NCBI GenBank assembly: GCA_000708835.1
Contig: DF237334.1
Span: forward strand, 1-64,000
DNA length: 64,000 bases
From: Klebsormidium nitens
Taxonomy: Eukaryota; Plantae; Klebsormidiophyceae
Direction of reading: 5' to 3'
The position numbers and the translations under genes are program-made. Positions 35,110 through 49,000 of this stretch are shown piece after piece; positions within the stretch are counted from its first letter, which is position 1, and every line of letters starts with the position of its first letter. The notes under the pieces are model-generated. The model searched no databases. It worked only from the letters and a program-made list of their open reading frames with translations, and was not told where the DNA came from.

Positions 35110-38100
35110 ATGGCGCAACGTCTCCTGAGGGCCTTGTCTCCTTTCAGGAGGAGGTCTGCTGCGCAGGTGAGACTGTCAGATCTGGCTGCCAGTTGGCGTC
35201 ATTCATACTGGCGAGAGATCTGCTCTCTTAGCTTGACATTGTCCTTCCTCACACGATTTTGCACATAATGCGGGCTGCCCTGTGCGTCAACTCCTTCTTA
35301 TGAACGGGTTTTGAGCGTCAAGTAGTCTTCTGCATTGACAATGTGGGGGCGCATTCACAGAGCGAGCCATCTCTGTGGCAGCCGCAACTCGTTGCATTTG
35401 TCGGCTTGTTTTTCTGGGAACGGTCCCTGACGTCCGGACAAGTCCAGACTTATTCATGGCGCCCTTCGGAACGAATCCCGTACTTCAGAGTTGGGTCGTA
35501 CTTGTAATGGCGCCATGCTTAACCAATCTCAAACGTTACATGCCCGGGATTTGGCGCGCAGGGTTTTGTTGATAGAGCTCAAAAAACAGGCAGGTTTTGT
35601 TCAAGGCGCCTTGATTTCAAGTCCTGAAACGTGCGCTCTCAGGTGCCATCTCTTCACGTTGCTGCTGCTTGTCCGTGACTCCAGTCTGAGAACATTTGAT
35701 GGAAACTCTGTCTGGATATGACTGCTTTCATCCTACCATTATCTGTTTGCTACTGTTGTTTGTTGTCCTGCGATCGAGGAGCAGTTTAAGCAAGCACTCT
35801 GGGACACTGATTGTGCAACATCTGAAAAGCAGACGTAATTTGCACATTCTGATCTGGTGAAGCACGCATTGAGCACTCCGAATTCTGGCAGAGCTCAAGT
35901 TGGTGAAATCCTTTTAAGAAGTTGCAGTCGCTATATCAGTTGCCACGTTGCGCAGCTGGCCTCCTCAATAGACCGGGCACGAGCATGCGATTCCAAGTAG
36001 AAGAGAATTACTGGAACCGCCTTTATTGCCACATTGTTGGTTCATCCTTGTTGAAGTCTCTTCAATGCCACACTTTAGCAACGGCGCCTAGAAAACTGGG
36101 AGCGAGGGACATGAGAACTTGGTCCTAGTCACTCAGAGTACTAGTGGAGTTGCGACTTCTTCATCAGGCCTGATTTGCGTGCACTGATCCACACAAAGGA
36201 AAGAGCACCTTTTCTGGTCTGCTCGCTGGCTGCGATCGATCCACCAACTTTGACCGCTTGGTGCTAAGGTTTCAGCTCAAGCATCAGTGAGGTCTCTCTG
36301 TGGCTCCTTTTGCAGTTTGCTGACTGCATTGCACTTTGTTGGCATCATTTGCTTTGGCCCACACGTTGGAAGCAACCCCTCAATAAGCTAAGAACGGATG
36401 TGAGATGCTATCGGGCGTGGTCCAAGTGCAACATGAGATATGAGAACATTCGCCCACATTCCCAAGGGCACAAGCAGACAGGATCTGACACTTTTGTAGC
36501 AGCGGGAAAGCATGTACCTCTCTGCGCATTACATAGTCCGTAAACTTGCCTGACGGCATTGTTGCATATTTCAAGCGATCCAGGGCTCCGCTTATCGACA
36601 TTGCTCAGATTATTCGCCCTCTTTACCTGTTGCAGAAAGCGCAGGAGGCCAAGGAGGAAGAAGAACGCAAGGCGCAGCTTCTGAAGGACAAGGAGGACTT
36701 GGAAGCGGGGGGTCCATTCTCGCGTGCTAGGACAGACGAGGAGCGGAAGTTGCAGGCGGCCCGGCGGAAGGAACACGAGGTTGCGAGGGCGCAGCTGTTT
36801 GCGGGGAGGGAGGAGGCCCCCATAAAAGCAAATGGAATCCACGAAGGGGAAGGCAGGAATGGCGAGGAGTCGCGGACAGTTGGGAGTTCGCCGAGCAGAG
36901 CTAGAGGGGTGGGGCCGCCTGGCAAGTTCAGGGACGGCGGGCCGCGGGAGAATGGTGCGCTTCGGCAGGAGAATGGGACGGGGCGGTTCCGGTTTGAGAA
37001 TGGTGATGCTGAAAGGGCGCAGATGAAGGTGAGGGGCTTTGGAATGCGTGCATCCGTTCCTTTGTCTGATTATAAGTGGGGGAGGAATCTGGAAGCTCAA
37101 CAATCTGTGGGCGCGTGAGAAGAGGAAGTCAAGATCAGACACGAGCTTTCTCGGGCAGAGATGCAGGTACTCTGTTTTGGCGCCTCGCCAGGTCGGGTCA
37201 CGCTTGATTGAAAGGCTGCCTGCTGTCTGGCTGGCGAGATAAGTCCATTCATGAGAAGCAGCCCTCTGCTTACTGTCAGCAAGATAGTCTGCAGGTCGCA
37301 ACATGGGTGCTTGCTGTAGGGCCCATTTGCTTTAGGGTGCGCGTAGACCGAAATGCTGCAAAAAGCTTTTCCAGATTTTTTTGCCAATCGGAAGGCTTTC
37401 AAGATCCACGTGGGAACCCAAGGTATGTACCAGAGGAGCTGTATGGGTTGAAAAGTACCCTACCTTCTACCTGTCGGTACTGCAAAGGCAACAGGGGAGG
37501 CCAAGTAGGTTATCGGTCCACGCGCAACCTTACCTGTTGGAATCGCGCACACAACAAGGACAGAGCAGGAACAAGCCCGACAGAATGTTGTCTTCATTGC
37601 AGCAGTGAACAGGACTCATTGCTCCTGAACGACAAGCATTTGCTTCCTATTCGGCTAGGGGGGTTTACATAGGGGGGTCTTCCCTGATTCCCCTGCCTCT
37701 TACTCTTTCCACCCCCCCAAGGTCTTAGTCTTTCTCCCCCCCCACACGTTTGCAGGAGTCACCAGGCAACTTCTCCCCCGTAAGCCCTCTGACGGCTGCC
37801 GCCAGCAGCAGCAGCAGCAGCCCCTCCTTACAGGGGGTCCCGATGAACGGCACGTCCTCCCCCCTCTCAGACCGAGCGTCGCCCCCCCAGGGGGGCAAAC
37901 CCAAGCCCTCAGAGGGCAGCTTCAGCTCCCCCCTGTCTGGAAACCCGCTCCTGTCAACCCTCTCGGAGCTGTCGAAAAACTCGGTACAGCCGACGTCCAC
38001 TGCGCAAGATGCGGGGGAGACAAAACGGCCGCTCGCGAGGCCGCTGAACATCAGCTTTATGGGCAGTTATAACAGGGAGAGGGCAGAGAGCGACGAGCTG

Positions 38101-41100
38101 AAAGAAGGGGCGAGGGCGGCGTCGCCACGCCCCCGGGGGGGGGCAGATCCGGATGTCCAGAAAGAGCTCGTGAAGACGCCGGCGCGTGAGGAGGTTAAGC
38201 AAACCAGCACACAGGTCAAGCAGCACACCGCAGAGGTTAAGCAAACCAGTCTGGAGGTTAAGATTCCTGAGCCGGTGGAAGAGCCAGAGGGGCCGACGGC
38301 GGCCTCGCCGTTCCGCCTCACGACCAGCCCGATCTACATGCCCCCAGAACCGAAGGTGCGGCGACCGCTGCCCCCCCGGGAGGAACACGAGGACGAGATT
38401 CCGTGGGCAAAGGACAGCATGATGCGGCGGGGGGGTTGGGCGAGCATGATCATGGATGAGAGTACGTACAACCTGCCGCGCATCGCCGTACGGGTTTCGT
38501 CGCCGGATACGGGGCTGGGGGGGGGGCGGTGTCCCCCCGGTTTGCGTCCCCGGGGGTCTCTCCAAGGTACCCGAACGGCAGCCGCAGCCCCCGACACGCG
38601 GCGCCGACGCGCGCGGTCAGGGGGCTGAAAACGCCGGAGAAGCAGCCCCCCAAAACGAGGTCGCCGGGCAGCTTCTCGGCCCCCCTGGTGCGAACGGAGC
38701 CGCCAGGGGGCCGCAGCCCTAAGCAGGGGTTCATGAGGGGGACAGCGAGCAGCAAGGTGAAGACAGCGAATGCAAAGGAGGGGGGGAGAATCAGGACCAG
38801 TAGTACCCCCCGGAAAAAGATTCTACCGCCAGTGGAGGCCAAAAGAGACGACGCTTTTGCTGGTGAGGGTGGGAATATGTCGGAATTACGTTCTGAGTTT
38901 GTATTTGTTTGCTTTCGACTTTGTGCTTGTTTGCATTTACCCATTGGCTGACTGATTGATAGACTGTTTTGACTCAACTAACTAAATTGGAATGATCAAG
39001 ATCGTGTTCATGTTCTGAGAAAGTGACAGCTGGCGGCTGAAGTTGGCATTTTTAAAGGCCTTTCTGTCATCCAGATTCGGAACAGACCCTGTGAGCCCTG
39101 TACACCAAGAGCTGCCAGACCCTGGTATTCTTGCTTTCTTTTTGGATTGTTCGTGTTGAGGAAAGCCGTTGTCTCTGCTTGGTTGTTGACTTGACAAGTT
39201 GTGCAGAACTCTATCATGTTTGGTGTGAGCATACCCAAAAGAAGCGCCTCTTCAAGAAAAGCATAACACATGTAAAGGTGTTCAATGTCGGAGTGATAAG
39301 GGTTTGTGAGGACAAAGCTTTTACTGGTCCTCTTTCATTTGACAGGCTCTATCAGTCTTGCCGTTAGTCATTGAAGAAGCAGGACAGACACATGCTGGAA
39401 GTGACCTCGATTTAGTCTGCCTTCTGACGGTTAGGCTGGCCGTCATCCGACTAAGACACAATCACCAAATGCGAGGTTGTACTAAAGCCCTACCGCCCAT
39501 CAACGAACAATTTCTGATCTTCACTTCCCCGACTGTTCAGGCGACAAGCTGTTGGACTTTGGCGCCAGCTTCAGCCCCGCAGAGCGCGGCTCGGAGTTGT
39601 TCCTCCGCAAAGCCAAGCAGCCCGTCTCCGGCGGGAGAGCCTTTGGCGCTGGAGATCGCCATAACCGTCTTCATCGCAGCGCCAGCTTCCCCGCTGTCGG
39701 GGTCACTCCCTCCGAGATGGCCGAACTCGCAGCGCTCAAAGCGCAGCTCTCAGCCGCGCTCCACATCCCCTCCCCCTCGGCTGCCCGCAGGAAGGACCCC
39801 CCGCCTGAAAGCCAAGCCGCAATACCCGAAACCCTGCTGAAGAGCCCGCTGAAGAGCCCGCTGAAGGGCCCCCAAAAGAGCTTGCTTGTGAAAACAAAGA
39901 GCGTTGGGGGGGTGCCGGAGGTTGATCTTTCCGGGGGGGTAGAGGAGCCCCCAGCTGTCCCAGCAGATGTGCCCCTGGCGGCAGAAGCTGCCTTCTCCGC
40001 ACCTCTCAAGAGCCCCAAGTCGCCTTTAAAGGCGCTCTCCGGCGGGGCAGTTGCACAGCCTACCAAGTCCCCCGCCGAGAAGCCGCGCACCGCCTCACCC
40101 CGGCGCTCGAGCTCGCCTCTGCGGAAGCCCGTCGCCTCTCCCAAGGCTGCCTCGCCGAAGGGCCCTGTTCCGACCAAGGACGCGCCTTCCCCCACCTCGG
40201 CGCGGAGCACTTCGGGTCAAACAGGCTCCCCGAGCCCCAGCCCCAAGTCGCCCAGTGTGAAAAAGCCCCCACCCGCCCCCAGGAACAAACCCGTCTTGGA
40301 AGTCGACGTCCCCGCTCGCCCGAGCCTGGTGACCTCACTCCTCGCGAGCCCCGGAAGGGGATCCCCCCGTAGCAGCCCCTCTTCTCTTCACTCCCCCGCG
40401 TCCAGCCCCTCTAGGAGCCCCCTCCGCGCGAGGCGCGCCTCTTCCCCCTCGGGGGCGTCTTCGCTGATGTCACCCACGGCGGCGAGCCTCAACAAGGCAA
40501 TCCCCGGGAGCCCCCAGGCGCGATCCCCGAGCCCCAGCCGACTCTCGCGGTCGCAGTCCGTTGGAGGCGACGAGAAAACGCCGTCCCCCCGAATGTCAGC
40601 CGTGCGGAGCAACTCGCTTCCGGTGAATCTCGACAGACTACCGGGGTTGGGCAAGACCCGGCGGGCGTCGAGCCCGACGCCCGGCGTGCGGGCGGGCACG
40701 CAAGGGGGCTCGGAAAAGCGCGTGGGGAGCCCCGGGCGGGCGAAGCTGAAGCCGGCGGTGCCGAAACGGGAGGTGACGAAGAGGGAACTAGGCACGAGGA
40801 GACTGTCGGACGTGTCGTCTGGGTCGAGCGAGGAGTTGGTCGATTTGGGAGAGCCGACGTCGCTTCTGCCCGACGATCTTGCGCCGTCTGAGGAGGGGTC
40901 ACAGTCCGTGAGTGAGCTGGTTTCTTCCCAGGGAGGAAGCGGCGAGGTGCCAGCAGAAGAGGCCCTGTCTGATAAGGCTGCAGACAAGGATGCTGACATA
41001 ATCAGCGACGGGAAGGATGATGTCAGAAGCAACTGGAAGGCTGACGTCAGCAAAGACGGAGCTAAGCTGGTTGCGGAGGCTGAGGGCAAGGTGGCGGTTC

Positions 41101-44031
41101 CTGAAGCAGTGGATGAGGCGGGTCAAGAAGCAGCAAATGATACGCCGACTAGAGAAATTGAACAGATTGGGAGTGGTGGAGAGGGAAACGGTGAAGTTAT
41201 TAAGGCGGTTCGGGAGGACGATCAAGAATCCAAGAAGGGCGGGGTGCAGCAAATGGTCGCTTCCGTGAACGCAACCTCCGCTAAATCGAACGAGGCCGCT
41301 ACTTTCGCTTTTGCCAAGCACGCTGACGTCATCAAGGTGCAGGAGGTGGAGACCGAGACGCAGGTCGAGTTTGGCGCGGGGGAGTTCCCCTCAGCTGCTA
41401 GCCGCGGGCTCATTCTCGAGGACGACTCGCTGGAGATGCTCCCGGGGGCGCCTCTCGTGGCCGCCAATCGCGTCACCAATCCAGAGGGGGGGGCAGCTTC
41501 AGCTGGGACTCCTAGTGTGCACGGAGGGGGGGAAACGAAACATGGCTCGCTTTCGGAGCCCAGTGCTGAGGTCCAGAGGAAACAAGTGGTGTCGATCAGC
41601 GAGAAAGAGCGGCGCCGGGCCGAGGTCGCGAACCTGCTGGCGGCGTTACAGGAGCGGGAGGAGATCGACTACATTGCGCGCCTCGTGCGCAGGGCGCAGC
41701 GCGAGAAGGCGCAGCTCTCGCGGCCGGCCAGGCCCGAGGACGACCCCCCCAGCGTGACGAGCAGCCTCGACAGCCTGGGGTCGGCCGGGGCGCATTTCGA
41801 AAAGGGGGGGGAGCCCGATGGGGAGAGCGTTCAGAAGGCGGGCGAAGTACATAGGACGAGCGCGGAGAAAGCGCCTGAGGCCCCCAGGAAGAGCTCTGAG
41901 GAGGGCACGAAGGTCTCTACTGCGGAGAAGTTCGACGACATCAGCCCCCCGGAAGCTGAGGGTCCGGCGGGGCTTGCGGGGTGGAGCAAGATTTTGGGTG
42001 CGAGCGAGGGGGGCGAGACGGCGGTGTGGGTGGATGCGGGAGCAAGGGTTTTGGAACCCCCTGAAGAGAAAGCCACGGACGCAGTGCTACAGGCAGTGGA
42101 GACGGTTGTCTCTTCCAAGGGGGTGCCTGAGGAGCCAGAGCGGAGGGTGGTGCAAAGCCGGGCCGAGGTGGGGGTTGTGCAGGGAGAGGAAACCGCAGTT
42201 TCCGTTAGCAAGATGGAGGTGGCTCCCATGGCTGGTGTTCGGGACCGAGGATTGGAGAGCTCGTCCCCTACGGTCGACGCGAAGGTGAGCGATCGCCTTG
42301 GTGATTGATTCCGATCGGTGGCATACAATAGGATCCTGTTCTTGCCTTCCCTTGTTCAACAACTCAGTGATTTGATTCATTTTGTTGGCGTTCTGTCGGG
42401 CCCTGCTTTTGCCCCTCCCACTGTTCATTCATCCCCTGTCTGTGACGGTTGGGACAACATGTTCTCAATTTGACCTCCTTAGCAGCAGTGCAGGCATTGC
42501 CGCAAAATGCTGTGAAACGCAGATTTGACTGGGGCGAACTTGGAGAAACCGAAAGGCACACCTGGACTTTCAGCAGCTTCATTTCTGGAAGATGCAACAG
42601 ATCTTATTGGTGCAAACCCTTTGGTTACAGGAGCCACCCCGGCGCAAGGAAAGCGCCACCATCAGCATGCCCGAGAAACCCGCTAGGGGTGCGGCCGAGG
42701 GGCCCGAGACCGGGCTGTGGGACACCCACCCCAGCCCGACGTCTCCGCTGGACTTCCTGGACGAGATGCAGGGTGAGCCGTCCAAACCTTTCAAATTTTG
42801 TGGTCGCCGTCTAGCTTACGGTAAATGACTTTCCACTTGTAATGAAAGTGGCTCGGAAAGTGGCTAGGATCGTCCAAACCAGTCGTCAGTCGTCAAGAGC
42901 CGTCCGAACCAAGTGTTGTGCCGGATGGCTCTGCAAATGCTGTGTCAACCCGTCCACAATGGTCTCTAACCGTCCACAGTTGAAGGGCCTGTTAGCCGTT
43001 CTGCCCGCGAGCTCACTGCTTCGCTGTTCTTCATCATCAACCTGGCTTTCGAGTTGGCAACACAGCCCACGCCTGAGGTCAAGGCTTCGCCGACCTCCTC
43101 TGTTCTGGTGCGTTCCGTCCGTCCGTTGGCTTCTTCGACCCTTGTCTCAATTTCGTAACTGACTCACCTCATTCGTCCTCCTGCAGACACCCCCGGACCA
43201 GTCGCTAAACCGACTTCCCACGAGAAGTCGCGCTTCCGAAAGGCGCCGAGACCCGACCTAAGGAACCCTGTGGTTTACGTCGAGACCGCGCTCGCACATG
43301 CGGGGCTCACGGCGCCCGAGCCGCACCCGCTGCCCGAGTGGTTTAGCCAAACCGAGGTCCTTAACCCGGCGCTCTTCCAGGAGCTGGAGCGCCAGGTCGA
43401 CGCGGACCTCCTCCCGTCCGGTGGCCACCGCAAGGGCGCCACGTGGCGCCTCTCGCTCGACTCGACCGCGCTGCGCGACGCGTACTCGCGGCCGCACACC
43501 CCCCGCAAGGAGGGCTACCCGGACCGCCGGATGCTGTTCGACCGCATGGACGAGGTGCTGGGGGAGCTGCTCGCGCCGCACCGCGGCCCCCCCCTCGGGA
43601 AGCGGCGGCTGCGGCCGTTGCGGCGCCCGGGCCGGCGGCGCGCGCGGCGGCGGCGCGAGTGCGACGGACGACGGACCCCGGCCGGGTCCGGACCGGTCGG
43701 CGNNNNNNNNNNNNNNNNNNNNCGGTCGGCGGCGCGGCCCGGGGCGGACGCTCGTCGCGGCGTGGTCGCGACGTGCGACGACGACGCCCCCGGCCCGGGG
43801 GGTGACCCCGGGTTTGACGCGTGCTCCCCGCAGGGGGTGGAGGAGTTGCTGCAGAAGTGCCTCCCCCAGGCGCAGCGCAAGTGGGACAACTTTGAGGTGG
43901 AGGAGGCGGAGGTGGGGGTGGAAGTGGAGGTGGGCATCCTGGACGATCTCATCGGCGAGGCGGTGCAGGGGTTCATTGCGATGGAGCAACAGAGGGGGGG
44001 CCGGCGGCGGGTCCACCCGGTCGCTTCTTGA
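35110..44031 (+). CDS. TRM: TON1-recruiting motif (TRM)/LONGIFOLIA-like protein with C-terminal DUF4378, ~1760 aa; apparent 1-nt frameshift at G10 38517-38526 and an assembly gap
   Basis: Exons 35110-35166 (tentative), 36636-37028, 37756-38862, 39541-42284, 42631-42772, 43187-44031. DUF3741-like ELFLRKAKQP; HPSPTSPLD (cf. family QPSPVSVLD); DUF4378-like YVETAL...W...LNPALFQELE...DRRMLFD...W...EVGVEVEVGILDDLIGEAV; long Ser/Pro/basic disordered middle. Confidence 0.8.
43703..43722. other. 20-N assembly gap inside the last TRM exon
   Basis: Run of n's; both flanks carry CGGTCGGCG, suggesting overlapping contig ends, so the local sequence is unreliable. Confidence 0.95.
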
Positions 44032-45261
44032 AGCGCGTCGGGGGGGGGGTACTCAGACGAGAATTTGGAGGGAGGCGGGGTCGCTGAGTGTTTGAGTGGT
44101 TGAAAGGTGGTGGGAGTCCCACTTCGGGGGCGGAACATCAGTCGCGCGAAGTAGGGGATGGAGGAGGATTGCAATCTGGGCGGGCGTTGGGGGGGTTTAC
44201 CGTACCAGAAGCTCTTGACGGACGGCTTGCATGTGTTGACCACGAGCGATGCATCGCGTGTTGTTTGCTGACTATTTATGCTGTTGGGAACGGTAGGAAG
44301 TTGTGCCCATTGAGGCGCACCTCTAAGTAGCTGGGCCCTCTTTTGAAGCAAAGAGCCTGCTGTGGGCAGGAGTGCCGGCCCTGACTAATCGTGGTGACCC
44401 GGGCAAGGGTGCTAACCCGTTAGCTTGAAACAGGGACAGGGTGTTTGCCGTTTCTGCTTGGACAGACCGCCTTTGGACTTTAAGGCTCGGACCGACGAGT
44501 TGAACCTTATTACCTAAGTAAGACTTGGGCCGAAAGAAACGTCGAGTTGGGCTGCTTGCGGCTTAGTGCTGCCTTGATTGGAGATGATGTACCATAGAGC
44601 TAAGCTAGAAGAAAGTGCGACCACTGGCAAGTTGCACAGGTTCTCTCACCGGCTTGCTTTACTTTATCGTTTAGGAATCGCGTCAAACAATTCAGGGTAG
44701 GGCCTTTCGTTTACCTAGCATAGGATCGTCGTAGGTTTATTGTTTGATTGATGACTTTCTTCTACTCTTGTATTGTACCGTATACGTTGTAGTGCCTTAC
44801 GATTGAAAGAATCTGTGTTGTATAGTACATGATAGCTCGGATTTCTTTCGATTCCAATGATGATGGGCGGCCCTAATCACATGTGCATTACTGTTTGTAT
44901 TGCAAGCCTGAAGAAGCTATACCAAGGACGCTCGTCGGATGTGTTAGTATCTTGGTTAGAAGCTTGATCCATCCAACTAATCGAAGGTAGCTTGCAAGCA
45001 TGACTACCTTACATTTGTGCGCCCGGTCAATTCTGAGTTCAGCAAAGCGGGTGTATACCTCGGTTCCGATCGATCGAGGATGACCATGTCCAGGCAGTGA
45101 CCAGCACTTGCACCGTTGCGGTGGCTGTGATTGCATGATTGAGTAGACGGTTGTTGTTGACCTGTTCGACATGCCTTCAAGTTCGCTTTATGGAATGCTT
45201 ACACAGGTATAGCTAGATCGCTCGGCCCGGCCCATGACTGAATGAACGATAAATGAACTTT

Positions 45262-46000
45262 TTCATATATTTGTTATTTGTTATTGTTTGATTAGCGTCG
45301 GTTCGGAGCCGTGATCGGCTAAGTCGACGATTGTCCTATTACGCTAGCTCGCTTATCTAAAGCAAGATGCACGAATTTACCTACCACATCTGTGTCCTGC
45401 AAGTTAAGAAAAGCTTTCAAGTCTCTATTTCGTCTGTCCTCGAATAGAAACTGAAAGGTCGTTCGAATGTCACTATAACCCGAGCAATCATATACAAAAT
45501 GACTCTCCGTCTCTATTGCTCCCGACTTACAGACCTGGCAATGTCGCTCATCGCGAGCAATCCCTTGCCAACTCCCTGATTCAATAGCGAGCTTGTGTGC
45601 TCCCACTCTGAATTTGGCTAGGGTTGCAAAGTGCGCGGAGACGCCTATTTGATCTAATGAAAGGCTCAAAGGAGTAGCCGATCTTGACTTCACCAAAGTA
45701 CGTGCAGAACTTTCGGCCATAACCCTCCCTCGGGTCCTGCATATATGCCATCTCAGACCTCTCTTGAAGCAAAGCTAAGTCCAGAACACCTGTACTTTCG
45801 TTTGCTGACACATGCGCAAGCATGATCTTTGATGGCAAGCACCGCGCGCTCGATGGACTCTGTCTTTGTACAATTTGCAACTTGGTCACTGCCAAGTATA
45901 AGCGGCCCGGGGTTGAATGGAAGATGGCGCCACTTTGTTTGGGATCGTCCAGCTTGTTCCGACGTGGGCCGCCGCCCGTCATTGTGTATATGTCCGTTGG
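45262..46000 (-). mobile_element. 5'-truncated non-LTR retrotransposon (LINE ORF2 C-terminus with CCHC finger; RTEX/L2-like), frameshifted
   Basis: GRKFCTYFGEVKIGYSFEPF, frameshift near 45655, then LAKFRVGAHKLAIESGSWQGIARDERHCQVCKSGAIETESHFVYDCSGYSDIR. This is the typical C-x2-C...H-x4-C tail of LINE ORF2. Stop at 45319, followed by a short AATAAC-type tandem tail (~45295-45268). The 5' limit is uncertain. Confidence 0.8.
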
Positions 46001-49000
46001 CGCGGGCGGCTTGTCCGGTTGCAAACTCTGACGTGAGATTCCCGGAGCCTGCCTGAGCCTGCCGCCGATAGCGACTTATAGTTAGCTCACCTAAAACCTC
46101 ACGAAACCCTCCACGCGAAGAGCGGCCGCGGTTTAAGGAATTGGATCGAAATCCAATTCGGCCAGCTGCATCTAGCAGCTTAGTATTGCCATCAAATCCA
46201 GGGGGTCACCTGCGAAAAGGAGCTGAACCATGGAACGACCGGGTCCAAACCTGAAAAGTGGATGCTTTATGAGCACTGGCAGGTAAGCCCCGATCGGATT
46301 TCCGGAGGAAGGAAGCACTTGTCATTGAACAAACGCTTGAACAGAGTCTGCGGGGCAGATGTCTTTGTCGGTTAGAGCTTCGTGACAGATTAACTTGCGG
46401 GCATTCTGACTCTTTCATGCATCAGCCCTGCCCCGATTAGCTTTCGTACCTTTGCCATGACTGCACTCTTCATCGTTGTGAGCTAACACTTTCGCAACTC
46501 TGTGTACGTGAATTTGCAGTGTATACAATCATCTGTTAGTTGTCCAGCGTTGCAAGCTTGTGCTCAATCTTCTGATTTGCTGGTCACGTCGCACATGAGC
46601 GTTTGCGATGCATGCTCAATAAAACGCACGCTTGTTCGCGGAAGAAGAGAACGTGAAAGAACAAGCTCGAATGTGAAGAAGTCTGAGACTCAAGAGACAT
46701 TCTCCAAGCAGCAATGTGCAATTATTCGCAATGGTCGGAGGCGGTCCGTCAATGCATCTACAGGAAGAACACTTTGAGACCGACATGTTCCTTACTTGTT
46801 ATTGCAGCCTACTCCAGACCTCTTGGACTCTTCTTTCTTTCCAATAGTCAGTAGATTGTTGAAGCTGCGCCGTGGCCAGACTGCTAGCTTAGAGGAGAAA
46901 ACGTCCGTCTGGTTCCTTCTTGAAGCAAAATAGATATTGCACCAGCCTGTACCGTGACTCGACCTGTCGACGATTGACTGCCTGACTGTCGTTTGCAATT
47001 TTGCAGGGGTGATGTAGGGAAGTTTTTGACAAATGTTCGCTGCAATTTGCTGTTGGCGCTGACTGTGGCCCTCAAAGATGCTCGCCCATACTTTGCTGAT
47101 GGTCTGTATATTCGAGAAGAACAGGCGGCTGGAAGTGAGGACGGGTTCGTAGGGAACTCTCCATTGCTGTTGCATTCACTTCTCCATTTCAATACAAAAG
47201 TTGTGGCAGTACTGTGAGACTTTGAGCCCAGATTTTCGGGGCACCCTAGAGTTTGAAGCTCTGAAGATATGTCCTTTTTGAATAATCCGAGGTCGGATTT
47301 GTACAAGCCCTCGAGTCACTTCTTGGATCGCGTCGGTGGCTGACTCTTCAACAACCTGATTAAGTACTGAGTACTGAGTGGCCAACTGCCATCTGCTTAA
47401 TGATGCTCGATGTACTGCTCTTGAGCTAAGTAAGTATTAACACGATCAGCTCCCTGCAGACGTGGGCATGTTAGTCGTCCGTACATGCATGTGGAAAGGC
47501 CAGGGAATACTAACGACCGCTTTCCTTTGTGGGGAGGAGAGACGTGTGGAAGAAGTCGCTGCCAAGTTGGAGCTGGACAGGAAGGTGGCAGTCCTCGTTG
47601 TCCCTCTCGCAGAGACACGCTTCCTTGTGAAGTCGATTGGAGATTGCACCGCCTCATGGGGGAACGGTTGACAGGTAACATTTCTTCATTGGATTGTCTC
47701 GATCAGGCTGATGAAGAATGGACTTTTCCAAGTTGGTGTATAAACGAGAGACCTGTTCAATGTCGCTTTGGTTGCAACTGATTCATGGATCAGTCGCAGC
47801 AACAATCGACTGTGTTCGCTTAAGGTTCAGGTTAAATCCAGAAAACGAACGAGGCTCTTCGTCAGTTTCGTCTTCAACCTAGCATGGCGCACAAGAGAGG
47901 ACTATGCCGCCGTTGCAGCCCCTTAAACAACTCGAAGTTGTCTATCTTTTTTACGGATACTCATTTTGGATTGCTATGAGGGCAACGTTTCATGTATATT
48001 TTGCAGGAGATGGGTGCCAATGATCCTCATACCGTCAGCTTCTCGCTTTCTGTTGTGTAGCCCGAAGCACCTAGACAGGGGACCGTAACACTGAAATTGG
48101 ACAAACTTGACAATTGAATAGGTTAGCTGAGCAAAGTAAAGAGTAGAACAGCCCATTGGGGAGTAGGCACTGCCAGCTTGATGATTCGACTTCATGAGTG
48201 AACTACGAGTATACCTTGCCAGTGACGTCCGTCAGTCCGTGCCACTTAATGCAGTGCCCTCGAGCTGCCACCCCGGCGGCCCAATACTAGAACCCTTGAT
48301 CAGATGAACTTGTCGTAGCATGTTTCATCTGATCATCTGATGCATAAGTAAGAATTTTGACTCCTTGAATCGGTGTGACATCATTCGACTATTCGACCCT
48401 TCGAGTATTGTACCACTATACGGAACACACTCCTTCGATTGTGCGGCTCCTGCAGCCAGCTTGTATCCTTGTAGCAGATGAGCATATATCAATCAAATGT
48501 ATTATTTCGTCTCTCGTAAACGGTTGAGCGCAGAACGAGACGCTAGTTTGTTCTTCAAGGCCCCTTGCCAAGATGTATTTGGTGTTTTATTGTTGAGTCG
48601 GGCGCGCGCGCAATCGACGCCGGGGCCGCCACTAGGATTAAAGCCTTAAATTTGAAGAGTCTTAGCAGCAGACAGCAAGCAGACAGCAGCTCGACCGCAT
48701 TACTCGAGTGGAATCTCGAAAGAGCTCGCGACGCAGTGGATTTTGGGAGTTTGCATGGATCTCGTCATTCATGCACTAAATAGGGCACCAATACGGGACC
48801 ATTAGTTCCTGAATGCTGCGTTTGCTGTGTCCGCGTGGGATTCCGGTCTTCCTTTCAAGGGATGATTCCGGTGGCAAACTTGTGGCCGGAGCGTGCGGAA
48901 CGATTGTTGAGCGGCGACCACTACGAACACTGCGAAGTGCATAGCTAGCACTCGGGGTCGCCAAGGACACACAAATTTGGAGGATGAACATGGGCTTCAG

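Noticed and set aside
46990-47671. Protein-like plus-strand fragments (e.g. LCGEERRVEEVAAKLELDRKVAVLVV)
   Set aside because: Short, interrupted by stops and shifts, and no identifiable family
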